A stretch of DNA of 64,000 nucleotides from Azolla caroliniana (taxonomy: Eukaryota; Plantae; Polypodiophyta). The stretch covers positions 1,550,001 through 1,614,000 of the forward strand of contig JBHGNT010000014.1 in assembly GCA_043228905.1 (NCBI GenBank). The letters run 5' to 3'. This document shows, one piece after another, positions 1 to 12,700 of the stretch (position 1 is its first letter; every line of letters begins with the position of its first letter). Under the pieces are notes generated by a model. That model was not told where the DNA came from and searched no databases. It saw nothing but the letters and a program-made list of their open reading frames with translations. Position numbers and translations under genes: made by a program.

Positions 1-1691
1 GATTCACATTTAGTATTAGCGATGGCATTTCATACTATCAATATCCAATTAAATAATATGTAGTTACCAGTTTTATGGGTCTAGGCATGAAAAGTAATGC
101 CAATAATGTGTGAAGGGTGTTAAGATGGATCTATAGGAATCTCTTCTTGTATCCTACAAATATTGACATGATGCAATGGTTTAATAAAATAGTCAGATTG
201 AGGTTATGAATAACTAATTGCATTGGTAGATATCACATTGTTTTTATATAATATTTGATCAAGCAAATAATTCAATGATTTATCACGTCATTAATGTTCT
301 TTTGCAAACACTTTTTAGTGCCCATGGAAATATGCTTATTATTACGCAACTATAGCCAAGAAGATAAATCAAAAAGAATGTCAAGGAGCAACGGATGGTC
401 TATGAAGTCATTGTAGTTAGGGATATACCCCCCACAGTGCGCACGTTATATTTTCAATATTTCAATGACGAGGAGGTTCAACAAATTTGATAGCTTCTTA
501 GGAATAAATTAGCAACAAACTGTTGGGTATAAAAAGGCATTAGAAATTGATAACAAGATGTGGATTACAGAGGAAAAGATGAGAAATGAAATCTTCCTTG
601 ATTATGAGGATATGGTAGAGGACCATTGTGAATTGGCAATGAAGTGTTGGGGATGTGTGCTTCTATTTTTACATTGGTGGAAACAAAAAAAGGGGGTTAA
701 ACAAATCGCAAATTTCCCAATCATGAGGATCCAAATGTGCATGTTATAATTTTGCCCCTAACTCTTTAGATTCGGGTTGGTTCCTCGACAACCTATTCAT
801 GACATTGTGGCCTGATCATTGCTTATATAACTAGAAACCTTGTTATGAATTGACATTGCTAAGTATCAAGCAAGCTCCCTTACATTTACACATACAACAT
901 ATTTGCATCAAGGCATCACACTAATGTTGATATTCAACCTCCTTTAGTGTCTTCTTTCTCATTTGAATCTCTTACTTCAAAAATTTGCACCCGATATCGC
1001 CTATTAACCATGCTCTATTTGTAGCAAATACCCCTTTTTCGAAGACATATAATGTTATTTTATACATATCATTAACAAATCATGACATCAACCACGCTCT
1101 ATATGTAGCGAAGACCCCTTTTTCGAAGACAACTCTCATCTTTTACGTATCATGCTATAGTTTGTCTTTTCAAAGAGTCAGGAGCATCCTCAACCTAACA
1201 AAGACCCACCTTGTCTCCCATCTCATGCATGATGCTACATAATTCATAACTTTTCAAAGAGTGCTTGATAAGCATCCTAAAGGTAGATAAGGGTTTGTTC
1301 AATAGTTCTCTTTATCACGACCGATGCAATGTAGAGACAACAATGCTCTCTTCCTCATCCACCAAAGTGAGATCCGGAAAACATAACAACTTGGGTTTAC
1401 CAATAGCATCTACAGATGTTTGTGCTTGTGTGAAACATACTATGTTATGATACCCCTAACAGAGCATACCATGAGACTTGCATGCATCAATGTGACGATT
1501 TTGAATTGCCGCCCAGTGAGAGAGTAATGAAACAGAGAGTAGTTCGTCCAGATACCGATGATGCCCATACATATAAAACTGCCCACGTTAGCGAGTGGTT
1601 CCCATCTGATGTATTCCCCCCATGAAACTTCATCATGACCAACGATTGATTTCTTGGCTCGGGTAGGCATGGAGTTGGGCCCCACGCCTTC

Positions 1692-1880
1692 TCATGAGCC
1701 AATGATCTAGTGCCACATCAGCATCAACATGAGCACTCCGATTTGAGCCCCGCATATCTTCTTATAAGCCAATGACCTTGTGCCACATCAGCATCAATAT
1801 CAGCACATGGTATTGGGCCCCACATATTCTTATGAGCCAATGAACTCATGCCACATCAGCATCAATGTCAGCACATGAGG
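1692..1880. repeat. Imperfect tandem repeat (3 copies, about 70-bp period) upstream of SAM50
   Basis: Motif tatgagccaatga..(n)..gtgccacatcagcatcaa recurs at about 1692, 1762 and 1831. Confidence 0.75.
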
Positions 1881-1916
1881 CATGCCACATCGTCATGATG
1901 ATGTCACATGAGAGTG

Positions 1917-1918
<2 letters not shown>

Positions 1919-1959
<41 letters not shown>
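1919..1959 (+). repeat. (GA)n microsatellite in SAM50 promoter/5'UTR
   Basis: About 20 GA units directly visible, about 100 nt before the ATG at 2062. Confidence 0.95.
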
Positions 1960-1964
<5 letters not shown>

Positions 1965-2061
1965 CTCTCTGGTTATTGCTTTTAGCTCTGTAGTAAAAGA
2001 AGTGGGCGATTTTCTGTGCATCAAACAGAGTGCTCTGTTTTGAGGAGGAGTAGAGGAATCC

Positions 2062-5028
2062 ATGGCAGAGAAGCTGAGGAAACTTGTCTCTAATGCTGAT
2101 GGTGATGAAGGTTATAAAGCCTCCATGGCCGATGAGAAGGAAGAAGAAGAAGAAGAAGAAGAAGAAGAAGATGAGGATATGCTTCCTGAAGATTTTGAAT
2201 TCCGCCTTCGAGAATTCGCCCAAAACCCCATTCCTGTCAAGGTCCATGATTTGAAGATAGAAGGGAACTACAAGACAAGAGCTTTTGTGATAGAATCTCA
2301 ATTCGATCGTCTCAGAGACGTAGCGACATCTCAGGATCTTCTCCGAGAAGCTTCTTATGCGGTGACCCAACTGGAAAGGATGGGTATATTTGAAGAATGC
2401 ACGCTTTCTCTTGAAAATGGACCAGTTCGTGGATCTGTGAATGTTGTTGTGAGTGTAGAGGAACGTAGTAATCCATGCACTTTCAATCTCGAAAGCTTCA
2501 TCAAGTATGAGGTATGTTGCTTATCTTTTCCCCATTCATTCATCAAATGTTTAGGATTCCATCTACCTTTCTTTGGAGGAGGTTTGGGGTTTAACCCACC
2601 TCTTCTTTAGAGGAAATTTTAGTGTTTAGGGTTTATAACACCTCTTCTTTAGAGGAGATATGGTCAAGAGTTTAAATCCACTTCTCTTTAGAGGAGGTAT
2701 GGTTTTGCTAGTTGCTTTTACAATCATAGATGTAACCCGTTTCACTGTTAATATACCTTTCTTCAGAGGTGGTATGGTTTTTTAAGGTACTATTACAGAT
2801 ATGCCTAACTGTTTTAGGGTTCAGCTCTTAGGTTTAATTTACCCTTCTTTATGACTTGTTGTACAAGAAGCTATTCAGAGTATTTGTGCCAATTGGTTTA
2901 GGGTTTGGTCTATCCTTCTCTAGCCCCATAGTTCTGCAAAAAGCTATTCCGAGCATGTATATGTAGTTGGAAGAGAAAGGCACATTAGCTAGTGGGTAGC
3001 CCATGGTCGGAAAAGGAATGATGGCTATGTTCTGCACGGCTGATCTGCCCTTCTTTGTTGGAGATGTGGACTTTTTCAAAATCCTATTGTTGCCATGTGA
3101 CATAAATGAGAGAAATTGTAGTCAAATTAAGGCTAGAGGTAGGCCGATTTACCCATCGAAATAATCTTTTGATTGCAAACTTGATGCTAACTTTATCAGG
3201 GCAGAAGTGGATGTTAAAAGACTATAATTGTACAGGATAAGGAGAGTTCTTTGGAAGGACGAATCGAATGGAAGAACTTGCTTGGCTTTGGTGAAACTTG
3301 GGATGGCATAGGGCGTTATGGACTGGATAAAAATTTAGAAATGAGTGGTGGACTCTACTTTCCGAGGCTGAAAAGCTTAACGGCTTTCCTAAGGACACGG
3401 GCAACTTTATTTACACAAGATCAGTTGCATCTCTCGGCATACAAATTGCGACTTGCAGGAGTTACAATTGGGCTTTTGTCAGGAAAACACCAGGATCTCA
3501 GCTTTAGCCTAAATTGGCACATGCCAAGGAACAGTGGCTTTTCTGGAGGCACAGTTGGTTTACTTCCATCCATCAAGTATGCATTTATAGTTGATAGGAG
3601 GGACTCTGTTTCCAGGCCAACCACAGGATATGCCCTCAGGCTTGCTACTCATCTTTCTTGTGCTGGATTCGACACAGGCCAGTATTCTGCTAGACAGGTT
3701 ATAGATCTCTCTTTCATTGTGTGGATTTATTGAAGGAGCTTGATTCGATATGTAATTAGAAGAAAATTTTGTGTTATAATTTAAGTTAAGAAGTGAACAT
3801 GGTGTGGTTCCTTTCAATTAAGTGATTTGAATAGAGATGACTAACTTTACACTTCGAAGACATATATGGTTCCTCCACTCAGGAATTGAATATTTGTGCT
3901 ATTGCATGATTTGTTTGGGGAATTTTTCCAAAGCAAACGTGTAAATACATTTTTTGGTACAATATACCTTATGAACCCTACTACATTTCACAATAATTCG
4001 AAAAAATAATGTTGACTGGTGTCAATTGCGTAGAGAGTTTCGTTAGAACATTTCACTATATTTGAAAGAAATCACATTGACTAATATCAAGGGAGACATA
4101 GGCATTTTACTATATAATGCTAAATATGTGATGTTTCACCAACAGGACATTGATTTTAGGTATGCAATTCCATTGAGATTCTATAATGCAGCTGTAAATA
4201 TTGGAGTGTCCGGGGGCTTTATGCTGCCTTGGACAAAAGGTTTCTCAATGAATAGTCTCGATACAAGTCGTAATGTCTTCATGGGAAAACGTTCATCTCT
4301 TGTTTGCGATATGAATGGTCCAATATCAATTCTCAATCTTTGTGATAGAGGTGTACAATCTAAAAAAGAGGAACAAAATCAAGATGGCATTAAGGATGGT
4401 TGTCTTGCACTAGCTGGATTTGCAGACTTAGCATTTGATCTACCATTGGGACCCTTGAGAAGAGAGAAGATGTACGGTCATTGCTTTCTTGGCACTGGGA
4501 ACGTTTTCCAGCCAACAGGATTAGGTGGAAATACACTATCTTTTCAGGACTATTTATCGACATTTAAATGTGTTGCTGGGGCGGGCATTGTGGTTCCTAC
4601 GCGAATTTGCCGGCTTGAGGTCAGTGTCCTTTGCTTTTGTTTTGGTTGGAATGAAATGTAATTCGATGAATGTATGTATTTGGTTGTGAAATGCAATCAC
4701 TCCTATTATAAGTTTCTTGGTCTACCTAATGCATTTGTTTGGGTGTGAAATGCATGCAATCACCCTTTTGATTGGAATGAAATATAATTCGGTGGATGTA
4801 TGTATTTGGTTGTGAAATGCAATCACTCCTATTACAAGTTTCGTGGTCTACGTAATGCATTTCTTTGGGTGTGAAATGCATGCAATCACCCTTCTATAAC
4901 AAGGTTTCTGGATCTATCTAATATTGATGCATATTCATATGTAGGTAAACTTTTGTCAAGTCTGGGACTCGTTCCGAAACAGTAATGGAAAGGGAGGCAT
5001 TCAATTAAGCTTCTCTTCTCACCACTGA
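2062..5028 (+). CDS. SAM50: SAM50/Omp85-family mitochondrial outer-membrane beta-barrel insertase, 4 exons, 489 aa
   Basis: Exons 2062-2511, 3236-3697, 4146-4619 and 4945-5028 are all GT-AG and phase 0, and join in frame. Contains an acidic N-terminus, a POTRA-like segment (VHDLKIEGNYKTRAFVIE), WKNLLGFGETWDG, SIKYAFIVDRRDS..RPTTGYA, GAGIVVPT..RLEVNF, and ends GIQLSFSSHH*. Confidence 0.9.
4646..4891. repeat. 126-bp tandem duplication inside SAM50 intron 3
   Basis: ttggaatgaaat...tgcatgcaatcaccc occurs at 4646-4765 and 4772-4891 with a few substitutions. Confidence 0.85.
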
Positions 5029-5719
5029 TAAACAATAGGTGATATTCTCAACAAACAATGCTGTAGTACAAAGAGTGATGTGGACATCTGTAAAAATGAG
5101 TCATAAACATTACATTGCAAATAAGGCTGTATGATTTCTGGTTACTTGATCTACAAGTTCCATTCTCTTTTAATTGAATAAAAGGCCCAATTATCCATTT
5201 TATTGTCCCATGGTCCTTTCCGTTGAGCAAAACGTATAAATATTTTTTGCCGAGATACATATGGGCTTCGGGATAGAAAGCCAAGAAGGAATTGAAAACT
5301 GTATTGTCAAGCAAAGCACTCAATGGCATATTCACTCAGATATTCATCTGTGTCTAGTTAAAAGTGCCCTAAGTTTCTTGCGTGTCTTACTGCGCCAAGG
5401 ATCCCATTGAAAATGATAACTATCTTTTGCAGTTCCTTGGATTTAACAGAAAAAGGATACAGATGAGATCTTGAAGCTCATTTGTTGCTGACACTCATTG
5501 CCAGGGCCAAGGAAAGTGACCCCTTGCTTTTTTTTTCGCTTTCCTGATATGTCTATAGCATTTGTATGGGTTGTTAAAACTGAGTCAAGACATATGATCG
5601 AGACAATAGTTCACTCTTATTGAGAAGATAGTAAGTAGGTCAAGAAAGTGGCTCAACTAACATCATGTGAGGATCGAATTGCATGTGTTATTGCTTTTTC
5701 ATTTGTTGTCTCATCTATA

Positions 5720-6005
5720 ATTCAAATCAATTTGTTTTTGGCTCAATTCAGGCATAAATGAGTAAGTGGTTCAATTGGGTCACAACCAGATTTTAACTCA
5801 AATTGACACACAAATGAACCATCTAACTCAAATGGATCGTGTTTGGCTCTATTGGGACATAAATGAGTACTTGAGTCATAATTGGATATTCCAACTCAAA
5901 TGAATTGTGTTTGGCTCAATTGAGATACAGATGGATACTTTAACTCGAATGAATCGTCTTTGGCTCAATTGAGACATAATGAGTAATTGACTCGATTGAG
6001 CACAA
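5720..6005. repeat. Degenerate short-unit tandem repeat
   Basis: Recurrent aactcaaatg..t.gtgtttggctcaattgagacataaatgagta motif. Confidence 0.6.
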
Positions 6006-6385
6006 TTGTAATGTTTTTAAGACCAATTAATGCTCTTATTGTAAGTAGAGAGAACTTTAAGCAACTAAAATATTATGTACTTAAAGTTTGTGGTGCTTTT
6101 AGTAAATGGGTGATTAAAGTTCCCTTTAAGAACTCGGAAGTAAATGGGCAATTAACACGAAATAGAACAAATTGTATAGAAAAAAACTAAAATTCAAAAT
6201 GCAACAATTATGAAAATTACTCGATGATTACAGGAATATAATCAAGAGATTATTTTTACGGGAGGGAAACTTAGGTCAATTAAGGAGCTTAAATTGGTCA
6301 ATCTTTTCTTCCAAAAATACAAAAAACTCAATGCTCTTCGAGCATTAACCTAGACCTTGGTAGTGTTGCCAATATGGGGGAAGAT

Positions 6386-8490
6386 TGTTGTGTATATATG
6401 GAGACGGCCATAGCCGGCTAGCAAGCAGAAATGAAAGCAACAACAAACAGAAATAATAATGACAGAGACAACGATTTAACGTGGAGACCCTAAATGGGAA
6501 AAACCATGGGAGCCCTCAGACTACAAACAGAATCACTATCACTATGTTTATACAAGTCTCAAAAGGCCACAACCTTGAGTCGATCTTCGTCTCTACAGAT
6601 GGATACCCACGGAGAATAGAGAAAGAACAAACAAGGAACAATAGAACTTGGTCTGCATAGAGCCGTCGATCTTGACGAGATCGGTTTTGAGGGTCAACTC
6701 GTAAGCTTGACTTGCACAACACAATCATTGCTCTGAATTCAGTTCACAATCCTCCCTTGCTATTGCACATGAGTTCCACTCTCCACTTTGTAGTACCCCG
6801 CCTAGGGTTTTACCTACATACATACATATATGTATGTATTTACATATTTGTCCTTGGCATATTACAACGACGCTTAGCCTGATCAGCTCCCAACTGATCA
6901 TAGTCGGCTCTTAGCCGACACATAGTGGGCAACCGACTCTCAGCCGAATAGCCGGCTCATAGTTGAATCTTGGTACTTAGTTGACCCTTCTCCCATCAGG
7001 AGGGACATCTTTCCACAACAAACTCCCCCTTCACTCCTATATGGGGAAGTCCACTAGACCTATCTTCAGCCGACACGCTTTCAGTTGATCCATTGTCAAC
7101 ACTTTTGTCAATATGTCTGATCCATTATCGTCTGTATGGATCTTTACAAGTGCAAATTACCTTTCATCTACCTTCTCTCTCAACCAATGATATCTCCTCT
7201 GGATATATTTTGTTCGAGAATGGTAGGCAACATTCTTCGCAAGGTGGATGGCACTTTGATTGTCACAATGCAGTAGGAAATGATCCTGCTATTAGGAATA
7301 TGTCCCTCCTATGGGAGGAGCTGACTGGTCGGACAGAGAGCCAAAGTCGAAGACAGGGGGGAGCTGACAGTCGAAGACAAAGAGTAACTGACTGGTCGGA
7401 CAAAGAGTCGACAATCGATGACAAAGGGGAGTCGACAGTATAGTAAGTGATCCAAGTCCAAGACACGATCGACTAGTCAGGCCGACGGGATAGTGGACAT
7501 AGGAGTTGGCTAGTCAACCAGTCGACAATTTAACTACTATTATTATTATTGTAATAATAGCAGGGATAGCAGTAGTGACTATATTTGTAAAATTAATAGC
7601 CCATACAGTGTATAAGTATAAATACACTTAGGGGAAAACATAATTGTGGTATAATCCAGAAGTAAAATAGAAGAGAGAACATAACGAAGTGCTTTGCGTT
7701 GAGAGAGTGAGCGGCGCCATAACTGAGTGAGCTTAGACACCAAGAGCCCTGTGTGGTTGATACACTATGTACAAAGAGTCTTGTATTTTGATCTCCTCTT
7801 GTATTCTCTATTTGTATAGTGGAATCTTTGTTCCTTTGGTTTTCTCGTTTAGGGTTTCCACATAAAACTCTGTGTATTTCGTGTATTGTGTTGTTTTCTT
7901 GTTTTCCGCGTTATTATTATATCCGAGTTGGTCTTTCTCACAGATCTCACCAATGAAATCCTTCATCCATATTACTTCCTTGCCAGCTTCTATAACAACC
8001 ATGTACTTAGTTTTTGTGGTCGACAAAGCCACAACCTTTTGCAACCTCGACTCCCATAAGACGCCTCCCCCTACATAGGTCATGATATACCCAGATGTGG
8101 ATCGGTTAGTATCAACATCAACCGACATATCAGAGTCCGTACACCCTTCAAGCACGGGTTTACCTGAGTCGTATCTTAGGCAAACACTTCAGGTGCCTCT
8201 CAAGTATCTGAGCACCCACTTCACAACAACCCAATGCTCCTTTTTGGGATTGCTCATGTAGTTATGACTAACAGTTTCGACAACATACGCAATGTACGGC
8301 TTGGTACATACCATTGCATACATCAGGCTTCTGACAGATGAGGCATATGGAATCGTCCTCATCTTAGCTTTTTCCCTTTCCGTTTTCGGACATTAGTTGA
8401 CATTCAACTTGTTATTTTCCGACAACGTCGAGCCAACTGGCTTAGTATTTTGCATGTTGAATCTCTAGAGAACTCTTCTCACATATGTTT
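6386..8490 (-). mobile_element. Ty1/Copia fragment A: 3' LTR (6386-7020), PPT, decayed RNaseH/RT
   Basis: LTR termini tgttgtg...cacaaca; PPT aactccccct at 7021; minus-strand CDNQSAIHLAKN..YHSRTK and RSTSGY..LQKVVALST motifs with stops; cut at 8490 by another LTR. Confidence 0.85.
7290..7942 (+). mobile_element. Solo LTR inserted in the RNaseH of Copia A
   Basis: Interrupts RNaseH between DFIGEI and QDHFLLHCD. Contains TATA-like tataaata and gggtttccac, a motif shared with other Copia LTRs in the window. Ends ...ctcaca; 5' TG mutated; no clear TSD. Confidence 0.65.
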
Positions 8491-9757
8491 TGAAAAGAGT
8501 TACGTGCAGAAGCGTAGACACAATCGGCTCAACCGGACAACAATAGACAATATGCAGGTTTAATGGAAAGCTTCAAATGCATAGAGAGTATGCGGGAGAG
8601 ATAGAGAGAGCAGAACATAAAACTCTATTTCAAAAAAGATGAGCACTCTTTACATCGAATGTGCTCAGAGAGCACTTTTATAAAAGTCCTTAAAAGGACT
8701 AGCACAAGTACCATCAGTACTTGAATGCTCATGAATGAGCCCCTACACTAACTCCCAAATATATTCCCGAGCGGAATATCTTTCCAACAAACTTCCGGCT
8801 TGACCGATCAGTCTCCGTCCGATCCAGCTCTCGACTTCTTCAGCTGATCCAAGCCTAACTGATCGGTCCAATCCGATCCGGCCCAAGTTGAGCTTGCTCG
8901 CTCAACACTCCCCCTCAAGCTTAACTTGAGTTTCTCCTTGAGTTGGCATCAAACTCTTCCTGGCGTCCACACGCCTTTCTCGCGCTCCTCGTCGCGTTCG
9001 GTTTGGTGTTCCTCTACCCGTCGGCTCCTTCGCCTTTCGACCCCTCCGATTCCGCGCATCTTTACCCTTTCGGTCATTTTGTCTATCCGTAAGGCCCTTG
9101 TTAGCTCCCTTGTTGTCACAATACTAGCGCCCCTCGACCCGTCGGCTCCTCCCTCTTGGTGTCGGCTTCGGATGCCTTCTCATCCACCTGGCCTTCATGT
9201 CATTCGGTTCATTTGAATCAAACTCCTCGAACGAATCGGTTGTCTTCGATTCGTTTTAGCTCTTGTCCGAATCAGCTATCTTTGATTCGTACTCTTTTAG
9301 GCCCTTGACCACATCTGCCCATGTCTTGGTCCTGACCTTCACTCGGTCAGCTCTGTCATTTTCGACCCTACCGTCTCTCTTGTTGATCTCGGCTTTTCCA
9401 TCCCTCGGTTCAGTTGGCTCCGGTTTCAGATTTACCTTGTTGCCTCTCCCCCTACGTCTAACTAGCCTCCACTTGGCCGATCTTTCTGCACATGTCCATT
9501 CATTCTCAGCTTCTTCAGCCGATCCGAACATTCCGACTTCTTCAGTCGGTCTGAAATCGAATTCATCATCCGATTCGGCTTTTCAGACATCATCTTCCTT
9601 GTCGACTCTATCTTCTTCCTTTTTCTCTCTATCTCTCCCCCTCAAGTTCGGCATATCGAGGTGCTGGAGAGCAAGCATGCTCGAAAAGTCTGGGAACTTG
9701 TCAAGACCTAAGGATTTGGTGAAAATGTTGGAAACCTACCAATTAGTTGGAACATAT
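8491..9757 (-). mobile_element. Copia fragment B: 3' LTR (8491-8907), PPT, 3' extension, end of RNaseH
   Basis: LTR runs tg...ctcaaca and is followed by ctccccct. Minus strand reads IFTKSLGLDKF..DMPNLRGR and continues into a charged tail. Confidence 0.85.
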
Positions 9758-12700
9758 TGTAAAAGATAATGTGCAGAAGCTTGTAGACGAAACCGGTTAC
9801 ACTGGATAGCAACAAAGAATAAAAAACATGTTTAATGGTAACCTTACACGGGAGAGATAGAGAGAGCAGAACAGTAAACTCTATTAAAAAAAAAACACTC
9901 TATAACACTTTGTGCTAAGAGAGCCCTTTTATACAAGTCCTTATAGGGTCTGGCAGAAGTATTGACAATTACTTCAATGCTCATATGAGCGATTGGCATT
10001 GACTCCCAAAAATATGCCTATGTACTAGGCTACATCCATAGGCCTCTAATGGCCTATCGGTCACAATCTAATCCGGCTCTCCGATCCGGCTCTTGGTTCT
10101 GGACACCGATCCGGTTCTTCGTTCCGGATACCGATCCGGATCCAGTTGAGCTAGTCCGCTCAACACTCCCCCTCAAGCTCAACTTGAGGTCGGATCGTGG
10201 TGTCAGTGTCTATGGTAGTCGGTCCTCTCCTCCGGCTCCCCTAGGCGTCCTCCCGCCTGGCTCGTGCTCCTCGTCTCGTCCGGTTCCGCTTTCCACGACC
10301 TGTCCGATCCTACGCACTTCGACCTTCTCGGTCGGCTTGGTTGCTCAAAAGGCCCATCTCAGCTTCTTTGATGTTGCAATTCCGGCGCATCTCGACCCAT
10401 CGGTACCTCTGTGTCGGTGTTGACTTCCGCCGCCTTCTCGTCCATTTGTCCTCTTCAGAATCGGTTGCCTCCGATTTGTTCCAGCTCTTGTCCGAATTGA
10501 CTGTCTCCAATTCATCTTCAATCTTCAGACCCTTCATGACATCGGACCATATCTGTGTCTTGGTCTTTTCGGTTTTGCCTCCCCCTGGCTTTGGCTTGGG
10601 CTCTCCGTTCCAGTGGCTCCCCCTGCATCCGGTCTCGGCTTCTTCAGCCGTCCCATGCACTTCGACTTCTTCAATAAGGCCGAAGTAGAAATCAGTTTCC
10701 GACTCAGCTTTACGGTCGTCTTCTTCATTCCTCCTTTCGTTCCTCCCCCTCAAGTTCGGCATATCAAGGTATTGCACACCCAGTGCATTGGAAAATTGCC
10801 GCAACTTGTCTAATCCGAGGAGTTTGGTGAAGATATCGGCCACCTGCTGATCCATCGGAACATACAACAGTTCCACTTCATCGGAGAGAACATGCTCTCG
10901 GAAAAAATGACAGTGCACCTCGATGTCCTTTGTCCGGGCGTGGAAAACGGGGTTCTTAGCCAACTGGATGCTGCTGATGTTGTCCTAGTAGATCGTTGTT
11001 GGATCAGACACCTCCACTCGCAGATCCTTTAGGAGCCTCTTCAGCCATATGACTTCACATACCGCGACAACCGCTCCTCGGTACTCGGCCTCGGTGCTCA
11101 ACAATGCTACTGCCGGCTGCTTCTTACTGCTCCAGGCGACCGCGGCGCTTCCTAGTGAAAACGCATATCCGGATGTAGACCTGTGGTCGCTGGCGTTTCC
11201 GGCCCAATCGGCATATGTGTAACCGACAAGTTGTCTGGCTAAACCGGTCCGATATAGCAACCCCCTGTCCTTAGTGCCGCTAACATAATTGAGTATTTGG
11301 TGAGCGCACTGAAGGTGCTCCATGATTGGATGTGCCACGAATTGACTAATCAAGCTGACCAGATAACTAAGGTTCAGCCGGGTGATGGTCAAATATATAA
11401 GGCTTCCAACGATCTATCGGAACCGTTTCGGGTTGCATACCGTTCCGGAGTCGGGGCAAAGCTTCACATTCTGGTCTAGAGGAGTCAAGACGGATTTGCA
11501 TTACGTTATACCGAATTTGAAGAGCATACTCAACACATAGTGGCGTTGACTAATTATAGTATGCCTTCTAGGCTGCGGATCACTTCAATCCCGAGGAAGT
11601 AATGAAGGTCTCCTAGATCCTTCATCTCAAACGATGCCGTGAGCTGGGATTTCACGCGGCTGATTTCGTCCAGGTCGGTGTCGGCGATGACTAAATCATC
11701 AACATAAAGTAAAATACTAACTAGCTCATTCCGACCGGATGAAAAGTGAAGACTCTGATTTTGACAGAGCAAACCCCATCCGACGTAGTTGCTAAGTGAT
11801 CTTTGCGTTCCAGGTGCATGGGGCTTGCTTGAGTCCGTAGAGGGACTTCTTCAATCGGCACACTGCCGATGTATTCATTCCGGACTGAAATCTGGGGGGC
11901 TGGACCATATATACATGTTCCTCAAGATCACCTTGAAGGAAGGAATTTTTCACATCCATTTGATGCACATACCACCCTTTTGCTGTTGCCACCGCAAGCA
12001 AGACACATATGTTAGTCATCTTTGCGACTAGCGTGAATGTCTCATCGTAATTGATGTCGTGCTGCTACGCATAGCCCTTGGCAACTAACCGGGCCTTGTA
12101 CCTGTTGATGGAGCCTTCAATGTTGTATTTGACCTTGTATACCCATCGGCAACCAATTGGCTTCACTCCCTTTGGTACGTCCACCAAGTCCCACGTCTCA
12201 TTCTCTGTGAGCGCGTGCATCTCTTCCTCCATGGCCTTCTGCCAGTTCGGATCCTTAGCTGCTTCTGCATAGTTCTCTGGCTCACGCACGACTGCCACCT
12301 TCACCATGTATGCATAATGATGCACCATATACTCATTGTACACGTATCTCTTCACGGGGTTTTTTGGGCGGATGGATCAATGTAATTCATGACTTGCCGA
12401 TTTCATGGCCTTCTCGGCCGATTCCGACCTCTTCCTCGGAGGTTCCTTTGCGGTTTTGTCAGAGTTGGATTCACTCCGATCCGACTGTTCTTTGTTGGTG
12501 TCATACTCCGACATCTTCTTATTCCCCTTTTCTTTGCGCATGAACCGTCTCCTCAGTTCCTTGCGCGGGGAGAGCACGACCGAGTGTTCACTACTCGTCA
12601 GCACGTTATCCGGTTGACCATTCCGGCTCAACCAGTTCGGATTCAGTCCACTCATCCGGAGAGAAGTTAGACTATCTGGCTGTTCGGATTCTGGGACGCT

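Noticed and set aside
300-760. Possible decayed MULE/SWIM transposase (YEVIV..DIP..C near 400-450) and ORF 558-749
   Set aside because: Too degenerate; needs frameshifts, and no second motif or TIR was found.
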